A stretch of DNA of 64,000 bases from Candidatus Aminicenantes bacterium (GCA_963702005.1 OY969696.1:1280001-1344000), one strand, 5' to 3'. Positions 38,726 to 48,289 are shown, counted from the first letter of the stretch. The notes: generated by a model from the letters alone, not told the origin. Program-made: numbers and translations.

Positions 38726-39101
38726 TGATGACCCCGATTTTTTGGAGATGCACAAGGCCGTCCTGCAGAACCACGGCTACGTCGTGTCCACCGCGATGAG
38801 CGGGCAGGAGGGGCTTGAGCGCGTCCGGGCCGAGATGCCGGACCTCATCATCCTCGACCTCATGATGGAGAAGCATGACGCCGGCTTCTCCTTCAGCAAG
38901 ACGATAAAGACCGACCCCCTGTTCAAGAGAATCCCCATCCTCATGGTGACCTCCGTGGCCGAAGCCACCGGCTACCGCTTCTCATTGGAGGAGGACGGGT
39001 ACTGGATGAAGACCGACGATTTCCTGGATAAGCCCGTCATGCCCGAGGTTCTCCTCGACCGGGTCGGAAAACTCCTGCAAAAGAAAGAAGAAGAATCGTG
39101 A
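38694..39101 (+). CDS. Single-domain response regulator
   Basis: ILLVDDD, IILDLMM, ILMVTS, FLDKPV. Confidence 0.92.
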   Translation: MKARGKILLVDDDPDFLEMHKAVLQNHGYVVSTAMSGQEGLERVRAEMPDLIILDLMMEKHDAGFSFSKTIKTDPLFKRIPILMVTSVAEATGYRFSLEEDGYWMKTDDFLDKPVMPEVLLDRVGKLLQKKEEES

Positions 39102-40576
39102 GCACGCCAACGAGCATTTTGGTCGTCGACGATGAGATGGGAATCCGGGAAGGGTGCCGGCGCGTCCTGGCCGAGGATGGATACGTCATCGACTTGGCCG
39201 AGGACGGGATGGCCGGGCTGGCAAAGGTCCAGGAGAAGCCATACGACCTTATTCTGGTCGACCTAATGATGCCGGGCATCGGAGGCCTGGACCTGATCAA
39301 GAAGATCAATGAGATCGACCCCGAGATCATCGTCGTCATCATCACCGGGTACGCGACCATCGAAACGGCCGTAGAGGCGACCAAGCGGGGCGCCTACGAC
39401 TATCTTCCGAAGCCTTTCACGCCCGAGGCTTTATCCGTCCTCGTCAAGCGGGGGCTGGAGAAACGGGAGCTGCGGCTCGAGGCCCAAAGGCTCAGCCACG
39501 AACGCGAGCAGAGGCTTCTCGAGCTGGCCAGCGAAAAGGGCCGGCTGCGAAGCATCATCGGCTGCATGGCCGACGGCGTTCTGGTCACCAACCTGGAACG
39601 TCAATTGGTCCTCTGGAACGCCTCGGCCGTGAGAATGTTGAAGCTCAGGGGCACAGACGAGCCCGGGAAGGCCATGGACCATTACCTCAAGAATCCCGCT
39701 CTCATCGAGTCTCTCGAGCGGATCCTGGATTTCAAGGACGACAGCTTCTCGATGATCAGCCAGGAGATCCGGACCGACGACCAAAGCTCGGTCTTGATGG
39801 CCCAGATGGCCCCCGTCCGGGACGAACAGGGAAGACTCCTGGGGGAGGTCACGGTCATCCGGGACATCACGAAGCTCAAGGAGATCGAGAAGATCAAATC
39901 CCAATTCGTCTCGATGGTCGCCCACGAGCTCCGCTCCCCCCTGGCGGCGATCGAAGGCTGGCTGGGTGTCGTGCTCTCCGGGGAGGCCGGCGGCGACGAG
40001 GAGCAGAGGCGGCAATGGCTGCTGCGGGCAAAGGAGCGGGCCAACTCCCTGCTGGCCCTCGTCCACGACCTCCTGGAGATCAACAAGATCGAGGCCGGGA
40101 AGGTCGCCCAGAAGATGGAATCCGTCCAGGTGACCGACGTCATCGGCAAGATCGTCGAATTCTTCAGGCCCGAAGCCGAACGACAGCATGTCTCGCTCCA
40201 AATGAAGCCGTCCGTCCCGCTGCCGGCCATCCAGGCCGACATCCAGGACATGGAAAAGCTCTTCACGAACCTCGTCAGCAACGCCATCAAATACAACGTG
40301 GAAAACGGTTCCGTCACGATCGAGACGTCCCTGGATGCCCATTTCGTCGGGATCCACATCCGCGATACGGGCATCGGGATTGCCCCGGCCGACCTGGCGC
40401 GGATCTTCGACGATTTCTTCCGCGTCGAGACGAAGAGGACGGACAGGATCAGCGGAACCGGCCTGGGACTGACGATCGCCAAGAAGATCGTGGACTCCCA
40501 CTTCGGGCATATCGAGGTCGAGAGCCGGCCGGATAAAGGAAGCACTTTCTCCGTGTACCTTCCTTACAAGAAATGA
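39098..40576 (+). CDS. Hybrid kinase REC-PAS-HisKA-HATPase
   Basis: ILVVDDE..VDLMMP..YLPKPF; PAS (MADGVLVTN); SMVAHELRSPL; NLVSNAIKY; GTGLGL. Confidence 0.92.
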   Translation: MSTPTSILVVDDEMGIREGCRRVLAEDGYVIDLAEDGMAGLAKVQEKPYDLILVDLMMPGIGGLDLIKKINEIDPEIIVVIITGYATIETAVEATKRGAYDYLPKPFTPEALSVLVKRGLEKRELRLEAQRLSHEREQRLLELASEKGRLRSIIGCMADGVLVTNLERQLVLWNASAVRMLKLRGTDEPGKAMDHYLKNPALIESLERILDFKDDSFSMISQEIRTDDQSSVLMAQMAPVRDEQGRLLGEVTVIRDITKLKEIEKIKSQFVSMVAHELRSPLAAIEGWLGVVLSGEAGGDEEQRRQWLLRAKERANSLLALVHDLLEINKIEAGKVAQKMESVQVTDVIGKIVEFFRPEAERQHVSLQMKPSVPLPAIQADIQDMEKLFTNLVSNAIKYNVENGSVTIETSLDAHFVGIHIRDTGIGIAPADLARIFDDFFRVETKRTDRISGTGLGLTIAKKIVDSHFGHIEVESRPDKGSTFSVYLPYKK

Positions 40577-40598
40577 ACTAAAGGCACAAGGAACGGAT

Positions 40599-42863
40599 AT
40601 GACCCCGAGTGCGGAACATGAGTTGAACGAGATCCTCAGAAAGGAACTCCTGGCACCGGGCATCGTGCTTTTCGAGATCTCCGCGCCCCTCATCGCCCGG
40701 ACGGTCCAGGCCGGCCAGTTCGTCGTCGTTCGGGCCGACGATTACGCGGAGCGGATCCCCTTGACGGTGGCCGACCGTCACCTCGAGAAGGAGACGATCA
40801 CCCTGATCGTCCAGATCATCGGCCTCTCCACGCGAAAAATGGAGCAGCTCCAGGTCGGGGACGCGTTCCTCGACGTCGTCGGACCCCTGGGGAGGCCGAC
40901 GGAGGTCCGGAAGGCCGGGACCGTCGTGTGCATCGGGGGGGGCGTCGGCGTCGCGCCCGTCTACCCTATCACCAAGGCCTTCCGCGAGGCCGGGAACCGG
41001 ATCATCTCCATCATCGGCGCCCGGAACAAGGAGATGATCATCCTGGAAAAGGAGATGCGGGCCGTAAGCGACGAGCTTTTTGTGACTACGGACGACGGGA
41101 CGGTCGGACGCCACGGGTTCGTGACGGACGAGCTCCAGCGACTCGTCGCCGACCAGACGCCGATCGACCTCGTGGTCGCCGTCGGTCCCGGGGTCATGAT
41201 GAGGGCCGTATGCGATGTGACCAGGAAAATCGGGATCCCGACGGTCGTCAGCTTGAACTCCCTGATGGTGGACGGGACCGGTATGTGCGGCAGCTGCCGG
41301 ATCACCGTGGGGGACCAGACGAAATTCGTCTGCGTCGACGGTCCCGAGTTCGACGGCCACCGGGTGGATTTCCAGGAGCTCCTCAAGCGGTCGGAAATGT
41401 ACAAGCGCGAGGAGCATCGGGCCATCTGGGACCATGAGTGCCGGCTTTTGGCCGCCGAGAAAATGCTGGAAAAGGCCAACAAGCGGGAGGCCATGCCGAA
41501 GCAGGACCCCAAGCTCCGGGTCCAGAACTTCAACGAGGTCGCCCTGGGCTACACCAAGGAGCGAACCCTGCGCGAAGCCTCGCGCTGCCTCGGCTGCAAG
41601 AAGTCGCCCTGTGTGGCCGGATGCCCCGTCGATATCGACATCCCGGGTTTCATCGCCCTCATCCGAAAGGGTGATTTCATCGGCGCCATCCACAAGATCA
41701 AGGAAAAGAACAGCCTGCCGGCCATCTGCGGACGCGTCTGTCCTCAGGAGGTCCAGTGCGAGACGGCCTGCGTGCTGTCCAAAAAAGGCCAGCCCATCGC
41801 CATCGGCCGGCTGGAACGATTCGTGGCCGACTACGAGTTCCAGCAAGGCGACGTCCGCGTGCCGAAGCGCCCGAGCCCGACCGGGAAAAAGGTCGCCGTC
41901 ATCGGGGCCGGCCCCGCGGGCCTGACGGCGGCCAGCGACCTCATCAAAATGGGGCACGGCGTCACGGTCTTCGAGGCCCTCCACAGGGCGGGGGGTGTCC
42001 TGGTCTATGGGATCCCCGAGTTCCGCCTCCCTAAATGGATCGTCCAACGCGAGAGCGAATATATCGCCAAGCTCGGAGCCGAGATCCGGGTCAGCCAGGT
42101 CGTCGGGAAATCCTTCACCGTCAACGACCTTTTCCGGAACGGGTATGACGCCGTCTTCATCGGAACCGGCGCCGGACTGCCGCACTTCATGAAGATCCCG
42201 GGCGAGAACCTCAACGGGGTTTACTCGGCCAACGAGTTCCTGACTCGGGTGAACCTTATGAAGGCCTATCTTTTTCCCGAATTCCATACGCCCGTCCACT
42301 ATGGTCGGAACATCGCCGTCGTGGGCGGGGGGAACGTGGCCATGGATTCCGCCCGGACCTCGCTCCGCCTGGGGGCGGAGAACGTCTATTTGATCTACCG
42401 CCGGGCGAGAGAGCAGATGCCGGCCCGCGAGGAAGAGATCGAGAATGCCTTTGAGGAGGGCGTCCAGCCGCGTTTGCTGACCGCTCCCGTTCGCATTCTG
42501 GGGAATGAGCGGGGCTGGGTGAAGGGGATCGAGTGCGTCCAGATGGAGCTGGGCGAGCCCGATGAATCGGGCCGCAGGCGGCCTCTCCCCAAAAAAGGCT
42601 CGGAACACGTCATCGATGTCGATATGGTCATCATGGCCATCGGCCAGGGCCCCAATCCCTTGCTGACCTCGACGACACCCGACCTAAAGCTGACCAAGAC
42701 CGGGAATATTGTCGCCGACGAAGCCACGGGAAAGACCTCGAAAAAGGGCGTCTTTGCCGGCGGCGATATCGTCACGGGCGCGGCCACGGTCATCTTGGCC
42801 ATGGGGGCGGGCAAAAAAGCGGCCCAAGCGATCGACGCCTACCTGAAGGATGGACAATGGTGA
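40599..42863 (+). CDS. nfnAB: Fused NfnAB/SudBA-type electron-bifurcating NADH-dependent ferredoxin:NADP+ oxidoreductase
   Basis: N-half AGQFVVVR..ERIPLT..GGGVGVAP..MVDGTGMCGSCR..FVCVDGPEFD; C-half EASRCLGC..CVAGCPV..ICGRVCPQEVQCE..GAGPAGL..GVFAGGDIVTGAATVILAMGAG. Confidence 0.9.
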   Translation: MTPSAEHELNEILRKELLAPGIVLFEISAPLIARTVQAGQFVVVRADDYAERIPLTVADRHLEKETITLIVQIIGLSTRKMEQLQVGDAFLDVVGPLGRPTEVRKAGTVVCIGGGVGVAPVYPITKAFREAGNRIISIIGARNKEMIILEKEMRAVSDELFVTTDDGTVGRHGFVTDELQRLVADQTPIDLVVAVGPGVMMRAVCDVTRKIGIPTVVSLNSLMVDGTGMCGSCRITVGDQTKFVCVDGPEFDGHRVDFQELLKRSEMYKREEHRAIWDHECRLLAAEKMLEKANKREAMPKQDPKLRVQNFNEVALGYTKERTLREASRCLGCKKSPCVAGCPVDIDIPGFIALIRKGDFIGAIHKIKEKNSLPAICGRVCPQEVQCETACVLSKKGQPIAIGRLERFVADYEFQQGDVRVPKRPSPTGKKVAVIGAGPAGLTAASDLIKMGHGVTVFEALHRAGGVLVYGIPEFRLPKWIVQRESEYIAKLGAEIRVSQVVGKSFTVNDLFRNGYDAVFIGTGAGLPHFMKIPGENLNGVYSANEFLTRVNLMKAYLFPEFHTPVHYGRNIAVVGGGNVAMDSARTSLRLGAENVYLIYRRAREQMPAREEEIENAFEEGVQPRLLTAPVRILGNERGWVKGIECVQMELGEPDESGRRRPLPKKGSEHVIDVDMVIMAIGQGPNPLLTSTTPDLKLTKTGNIVADEATGKTSKKGVFAGGDIVTGAATVILAMGAGKKAAQAIDAYLKDGQW
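42742..42862 (+). repeat. Direct repeat copy 1 (3' end of nfnAB)
   Basis: 121 bp, 2 mismatches to 46066-46186. Confidence 0.93.
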
Positions 42864-43148
42864 CGCCCCCTACTCTGTCATCCCGCCGGATTTCCGCCGC
42901 TTTTGAGCGTCTCTGCGGCCTTTGAGTCCGCCTTCAGCTATTTCGAGCGCAACTTGAAATCTGACGACTCTACGACTTATCATCCCTCTTCGCTCATCCA
43001 GTCAGCGCAGCAGAAAAGGAAATTATTATCCCTCCCGCCGCAAGACAGAAGCTGAAGTGTTCACCCGCCGGCTGGAAGAGGGGCAGGTCAAGGTCTTCGT
43101 AACGTCAAATCGCTGCTGGCTGGAAGAATGAGCTTTATTATTCCCTGT

Positions 43149-43928
43149 TTAGATCTTTTTTCCCGGCGGGTCAGGTTGAGGGCTCAACTGCGTAGGTGTA
43201 AAGATGATCGTAAAAGGAAGCCAGGTGGGTTCATCATCGATGACAACATAATCTGTAGGCGGTAACTTTGAAGCCGCTTCTTTGGTCAGTGTTTTAAGGC
43301 CCTGAAGAATCCCATGCGTGCCGATTATCTTTTCCGGGGGGTCTGGGTTGATGACCTCGATCGAGCCGACCGTGCCCTTGGCTCGGTCGAAGTTTATGAC
43401 TTCCGCGGTCTTTCTATCGGGAAGAAGGAACTTGAAATGGCCTTGGCCAAGCTTTTCTGCTTTCGTTCCTTTGGGCAGGATAAAAGACTGCTTTTCGGGC
43501 AGCTTGGCGCAGGGCTTCAACATAACGGCCAGGGTATTGTCGAGCTCGTTAGACTCCCTTATATAGTTTCCAAAATCCGTTTCAACTTTGACATTGATCG
43601 TTGAGGTTATGAAATAGGGTGCGAGATAGGTGGATGTCCCGCCCGGTTTCTCGATGCCTCCCCCTGTCGAAGAGGCGGCGCTTTTAAGGTCGATGGAATC
43701 GAATAATGTTGCGCTGTTGATCCACACATGCGATTTTCCAAACCATCCCTTCGCTAGAGGAGCATTGCTTGGATTGGCGATCGTAAAAGAGAGCTGGTTT
43801 TTAGGCGGCAGGCATTCTATTTTGGAGACAACGATATTTGGAAGAGGTTGAGCGAAGACGGAGCTCATGGTCACGGAGAACAAGGCGGCAGACGCCAAAG
43901 CCCACAATAAGATCTTATCTTTTTTCAT
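43149..43928 (-). CDS. Secreted protein with CARDB-like domain and C-terminal SPQPDPP motif
   Basis: Signal peptide; LPNIVV..FTIAN..ETDFGNYIRESNELDNT; ends QLSPQPDPPGKKI; more AT-rich than flanks. Confidence 0.7.
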   Translation of the reverse strand: MKKDKILLWALASAALFSVTMSSVFAQPLPNIVVSKIECLPPKNQLSFTIANPSNAPLAKGWFGKSHVWINSATLFDSIDLKSAASSTGGGIEKPGGTSTYLAPYFITSTINVKVETDFGNYIRESNELDNTLAVMLKPCAKLPEKQSFILPKGTKAEKLGQGHFKFLLPDRKTAEVINFDRAKGTVGSIEVINPDPPEKIIGTHGILQGLKTLTKEAASKLPPTDYVVIDDEPTWLPFTIIFTPTQLSPQPDPPGKKI

Positions 43929-44043
43929 TTTTCACTCTCCTGAGGCGATAAAACTTATAATAATACCGATTGTTAAATCGGATTTGTGCTCGGATTAAGT
44001 TTCCCCTTCTAAAGCCCTTATCTTCTCTCTGATGGGCATTATC

Positions 44044-44072
44044 AATATAGAACCCGCAAGGGGAAATGTCAA
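44044..44072 (-). promoter_or_regulatory. Sigma70-type promoter for the CARDB-like gene
   Basis: TTGACA-N17-TATATT on minus strand. Confidence 0.55.
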
Positions 44073-44233
44073 CCGATTGAAGAATAGGAATTTCCATGGT
44101 ATTGGCCTGCCGCCTGAAAAAACCAGGCAAAGATCACGGCGACTTCCTCAGGCTGCTGGTTTAGCATTATGCCCTTTGGCAAGTGACGGATTTATTGATA
44201 ATATTAATAAGAAAATATTTGGGGAGGTGGACT

Positions 44234-45646
44234 ATGAAAATACTGCTTGGACAAGGTTTCAATTGGGGCAAAAAGTTGACTGACAAGCATGGGCCGCAAG
44301 GACATCGGCGCGGGCGGCCTGGCTTGCTGGCGGCTGTTATCATGACGGTGCTGGCGATGTTGGCATCGGGGACAGCCCAGTCAGGCGAAGCGGCCAGCGC
44401 GCAGAAGCCGCTGGTCATGGTGATCAAAGCGGCCCGCCTGATCGACGGGTTATCGGACGGCGTGCGGCAGGGAGTGGCCGTGCTGGTCGAGGGCCAGCGG
44501 ATCAAGGCCGTCGGCCCGGCGGCTGCGATCATAGCCCAGGCGCCCAAGGAGGCCCGTGTCATTGACCTGGCCGGGGCCACACTGTTGCCCGGCTTGATCG
44601 ACAACCACACCCATATCCTGCTGCAGGGCGATCTCACGGCGGCCGACTATGACGACCAGCTCCTCAAGGAGAGCATCCCCTACCGGACGATCCGGGCCAC
44701 CATGGCCGTGCGGGCTTCGCTCCTCAACGGCTTCACTACCCTGCGCGACGTCGAGACCGAGGGGGCCATGTACGCCGACGTGGACATCAAGACCGCCATC
44801 AATAAAGGGGTCATTCCCGGCCCGCGGCTGTTTGTCTCGACACGGGCCATGACCCCCACCGGAATGTATCCGCTCTCGGGCTATTCCTGGGAGCTGAAGG
44901 TGCCCGAGGGCGTGCAGATCGTGGACGGCCCGGACAACATCCGCCGGGCGGTGCGGGAACAGGTGAAGTACGGCGCCGACTGGATCAAGTTCTACGCCGA
45001 CCGCAAATACTTTCTAGGCTCTGACGGCCGGCTGCGCTCCTGGGTGGATTTCACCGATGAGGAGATGCGGGCGCTGGTGGACGAGACGCACCGCTTAGGC
45101 AAGAAGGTCGCAGCCCACACCATCGGCTGGGACGGCATCGATGCGGCGCTGCGCATGGGCGTGGATACCATCGAGCACGGGGACGGCCTCACCGACGACC
45201 TTATCGACCGCGCCGTCAAGCAAAAGGTGTTCTGGTGTCCGACCATTTACGTGGGCGTCTCTGTGGCCGGGCCTCGGGGCGGGATCTGGCCGAAGATGGT
45301 CGAGCTGGAGCGCATTGCCTTCGGCAAGGCGGTGGCCAAGGGGATGCTGATTTCCTTCGGCACCGACGCCGGCGGCTTTCCCTGGACTGAGAATCAGGCC
45401 AAGGAATTTTCCTACATGGTGCGCTACGGCATGACGCCCATGCAGGCGATCAAATCGGCGACTTCGGTCGCGGCGCAGCTGTTGGGCCAGGAGGAGAATC
45501 TCGGCTCGGTGGCGCCGGGCCGGTTGGCCGACCTCGTGGCGGTCGCCGGCGACCCGCTCAAGGACATCACTGAGCTCGAGCGGGTCACCTTCGTCATGAA
45601 GGACGGTCTTGTCTACAAAGGTTCCGGCGCCCGGCCCTGCGATTGA
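44234..45646 (+). CDS. Metal-dependent amidohydrolase (Xaa-Pro dipeptidase-like), probably secreted
   Basis: LLPGLIDNHTH, GFTTLRD, GADWIK, VAAH, TIEHG, FGTDAG, GRLADLVAV; ATG after GGAGGT. Confidence 0.88.
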   Translation: MKILLGQGFNWGKKLTDKHGPQGHRRGRPGLLAAVIMTVLAMLASGTAQSGEAASAQKPLVMVIKAARLIDGLSDGVRQGVAVLVEGQRIKAVGPAAAIIAQAPKEARVIDLAGATLLPGLIDNHTHILLQGDLTAADYDDQLLKESIPYRTIRATMAVRASLLNGFTTLRDVETEGAMYADVDIKTAINKGVIPGPRLFVSTRAMTPTGMYPLSGYSWELKVPEGVQIVDGPDNIRRAVREQVKYGADWIKFYADRKYFLGSDGRLRSWVDFTDEEMRALVDETHRLGKKVAAHTIGWDGIDAALRMGVDTIEHGDGLTDDLIDRAVKQKVFWCPTIYVGVSVAGPRGGIWPKMVELERIAFGKAVAKGMLISFGTDAGGFPWTENQAKEFSYMVRYGMTPMQAIKSATSVAAQLLGQEENLGSVAPGRLADLVAVAGDPLKDITELERVTFVMKDGLVYKGSGARPCD

Positions 45647-45660
45647 CCAATGGTACCCGG

Positions 45661-45988
45661 GAAGTGAAGAACCCCCGGCGCTGGTGGTGCGCTGGGCAAC
45701 GTGACGCGGCTACGCAACCATCCCTTCCTGGCCCTGTGGTGCGGGAATAACGAGGTCTACATCGGCTGGAAAGACTGGAATTGGCCTCAACAGATGGGCA
45801 TCGAGCACCGGGATAGACTTTGGCAGGCCTACCAGAAAGTTTTCGGCCAGATCCTGCCGGAGGTGGTGGCCGGGCTCGACCCGGCCCGTTTCTTCTGGCC
45901 TTCTTCGCCCAAGCAGGGCTGGGGGTATCCGGTTAACACCGACGGGGATGTCCATTACTGGGGGTCTGGCACGGACAGGAGCAGGTAG
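45661..45988 (+). pseudogene. GH2 beta-mannosidase remnant with internal deletion
   Basis: EVKNPRRWWCAG (45661) abuts, in another frame, RLRNHPFLALWCGNNEVY..WPSSP..GDVHYWG; the rest of the enzyme is missing. Confidence 0.75.
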
Positions 45989-46065
45989 CTAGTTTTTGCT
46001 GAGGGCCTCCGACGTCGATTCCAGTCTTGGATTGCCAGCTTGTTGATAGATGTCCGATAATGGCT

Positions 46066-46186
46066 AAAAGGGCGACTTTGCCGGCGGCGATATCGTCACG
46101 GGCGCGGCCACGGTCATCTTGGCCATGGGGGCGGGCAAAAAAGCGGCCCAAGCGATCGACGCCTACCTGAAGGATGGACAGTGGTG
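46066..46186 (+). repeat. Direct repeat copy 2 (duplicated nfnAB 3' end, stop codon lost)
   Basis: Identical to 42742-42862 except at 46075 and 46181; TGA becomes TGC. Confidence 0.93.
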
Positions 46187-46232
46187 CCCCCCTCTGTTCG
46201 GCCATCCCGCGTCCTCCTTTGATTTTCCGGAC

Positions 46233-46307
46233 TTCCGCGCCGTTCCCTACTGTGCCTGGGCCAACCGCGGCGCCAGCGAGATGGTCGTTTGGCTCCCGCG
46301 GCAATAA
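46233..46307 (+). pseudogene. GH127 C-terminal tail remnant
   Basis: FRAVPYCAWANRGASEMVVWLPRQ* vs FHAIPYYVWANRGAGEMAVWLSRK* (35661-35735); 58/75 nt identical by hand alignment. Confidence 0.8.
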
Positions 46308-46408
46308 TAAGGAATCCGGATTATTTGACGGTCGTAAAGGCGAGGCCGCCGAAAATTTTCTTGACAATTCCCGGCGATCGGCCTATCGTCGAAATGGTTC
46401 GAGGGGTC

Positions 46409-47086
46409 ATGGCTTATACGGCTCGGGAGCTGCATCTCGATTATTTTCAAATCTACGATATCGTGAACCTGGAGCTGTCGGGGAGGATCAAGGTCTACGG
46501 TCAGTTCGACAAGGAGGACAGGATCTGTCGAGTTCTGGGGCTGGATTGGTTCGCGAATCCGGTCGTCAAGAACCGGGAACCCTTGTTCGATCGCCAGGCT
46601 CACCTGGCGGGATACAGAATTTATCCCTCTGCGCCCGAACCCACCCGGCGGATCGCCTTCGTCAACCAGTTCGGCGAACAGCGCATCATCATCGGCAACG
46701 CTTTCGCCCTGCTGGCGCCGTCCGAGAAGATCGAGCCGGGAAGCGCGTTCCCCAAGAGCCTCAGCCATTTCATCGTCTACCAAGTCCTGGAAGGGAAGTC
46801 CGTTGAAAAGACGATCGGGCTCAAGGATCAATTCGGCCCGTCCCGAGCCGCGATCATGAGTCCGTCCGGGTTCGCGGTTCCCGTCAGAAAAACGTACGGT
46901 TCCGCCGTCTATCCGGCCGTGAACAACAAAGTCCATCTGGTCCTCTACGGGATCACGCCGCGGACCGTCGAAAAAAGCTGCGTCGCCGGCGATCAGTTCG
47001 AAAAGCGGAAAGTCAGAATCGTGCGGAGCGTCCTGCTGGCCGCGCCGACGCTCAAGCGAAGGTGGAGCGTCAAGGACGGGCTTTAG
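46409..47086 (+). CDS. Hypothetical protein with internal repeats (LxH/YFxxY..QFG..PxxK)
   Basis: ATG after GAGGGG; TTGACA-N17-TATCGT at 46361-46389; repeated LDYFQIY/HLAGY/LSHFIVY/HLVLY and GQFD/NQFG/DQFG/DQFE. Confidence 0.65.
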   Translation: MAYTARELHLDYFQIYDIVNLELSGRIKVYGQFDKEDRICRVLGLDWFANPVVKNREPLFDRQAHLAGYRIYPSAPEPTRRIAFVNQFGEQRIIIGNAFALLAPSEKIEPGSAFPKSLSHFIVYQVLEGKSVEKTIGLKDQFGPSRAAIMSPSGFAVPVRKTYGSAVYPAVNNKVHLVLYGITPRTVEKSCVAGDQFEKRKVRIVRSVLLAAPTLKRRWSVKDGL

Positions 47087-47122
47087 ACGGCCGCGAGGCG
47101 CTGGTTCGGATCCTCTCCCGGC

Positions 47123-48289
47123 TCACTTGGCGTAAAACTTGTGGACGGTTAAGCTTTCGTACTTCTGCCCGGGCCGTAGGATCGTCGACGGAAAAGAGGG
47201 CTGGTTGGGGGAGTCGGGGAAGTGCTGGGTCTCAAGGCAGAACCCAAACTGCTTCTGGTAGACTTTTCCGCCCTTCCCGGTGATCGTGCCGTCCAGGAAG
47301 TTCCCGGCGTAGAACTGGAGGCCCGGCTCGGTCGTCGAGATCTCCATGACGCGGCCGGTCCTCGGCTCGGAGACGCGGGCCGCCAGGGCGAGCCGGCCGC
47401 CGCCGCCGCGGAGGACGAAGTTGTGGTCGTATCCGCCCGGGACCTGGGCGATCCGGGCGCCGATGACCGCGGGCTTCGTGAAATCGAACGGAGTCCCGGC
47501 CACGGGCGCGATCTGGCCGGTCGGGATCAGGCCTTCGTCGACGAGGGTGTAGCTCGGCGCGTCGATCATGAGCTCGTGCCCGAGGATGTCGCCGCTGCCC
47601 TGGCCGGCCAGGTTGAAGTAGCTGTGGTGGGTCAGGTTGACGGGCGTCGCCTTGTCCGCCTCGGCCTGATAACGGATGCTGAGTTCGTCCCCGTCGGTCA
47701 GAAGATAGGTCACGCTGACCCGAAGGTTCCCCGGATAGCCCTCCTCGCCGTCGCGACTCAGGTAGGCGAACTTGACGCCGCGGGCGTCCTGGGCCGAGAC
47801 AGGCTCGGCCGTCCAAAGGGCCTTATCGAATCCCTTGAGGCCGCCGTGGAGGTGATTGGGTCCGTTATTGGCCGCCAGCTTGTATTCCACGCCGTCGAGC
47901 GTGAAGCGGCCCTTGGCGATCCGGTTCCCGTAGCGTCCCACGATGCAGCCGAAGTAAGGAGACGACTTGAGGTACCCGTCGAGCGAGTCGAAACCGAGCA
48001 CGATATCCCCCAGCCGGGCCTTCCGGTCCGGGGTTTCGAGCGAGACGAGGATCCCGCCGTAGTTGATGAGCCGGGCTTTGAGGCCGTTTTTATTCACGAG
48101 CGTATAGACTTCGACCCGGCGGCCATCGGGGAGAGTTCCAAAAGTTCCCTTGAGGACGTCCATGGCGGTGCCTCCTTCCTGTGAGATCGAAATTCGCGCG
48201 GCGCGGTTTCGGCCCTGCCCTGCCCAGGCCGGTATGGCCAGGGCGGCGGCGAGCACGACAAGAAACGCCCTTAATTTCCGCTGTTTCAT
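47123..48289 (-). CDS. galM: Aldose 1-epimerase (mutarotase) with signal-like N-terminus
   Basis: GRYGNRIAKGRF, NHLHGG, EEGYPG, NLTHHSYFNL, GYDHNF, FCLETQHFPDSPN. Confidence 0.93.
   Translation of the reverse strand: MKQRKLRAFLVVLAAALAIPAWAGQGRNRAARISISQEGGTAMDVLKGTFGTLPDGRRVEVYTLVNKNGLKARLINYGGILVSLETPDRKARLGDIVLGFDSLDGYLKSSPYFGCIVGRYGNRIAKGRFTLDGVEYKLAANNGPNHLHGGLKGFDKALWTAEPVSAQDARGVKFAYLSRDGEEGYPGNLRVSVTYLLTDGDELSIRYQAEADKATPVNLTHHSYFNLAGQGSGDILGHELMIDAPSYTLVDEGLIPTGQIAPVAGTPFDFTKPAVIGARIAQVPGGYDHNFVLRGGGGRLALAARVSEPRTGRVMEISTTEPGLQFYAGNFLDGTITGKGGKVYQKQFGFCLETQHFPDSPNQPSFPSTILRPGQKYESLTVHKFYAK

Noticed and set aside
40599-42863. Glutamate synthase small subunit / pyrK annotation
   Set aside because: No gltB or pyrD adjacent; the two-part fusion fits NfnAB/SudBA better
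46119-46307. 62-aa ORF MAMGAGKKAAQ..WANRG..
   Set aside because: Chimera of the duplicated nfnAB tail and a GH127 tail, with no RBS; treated as debris
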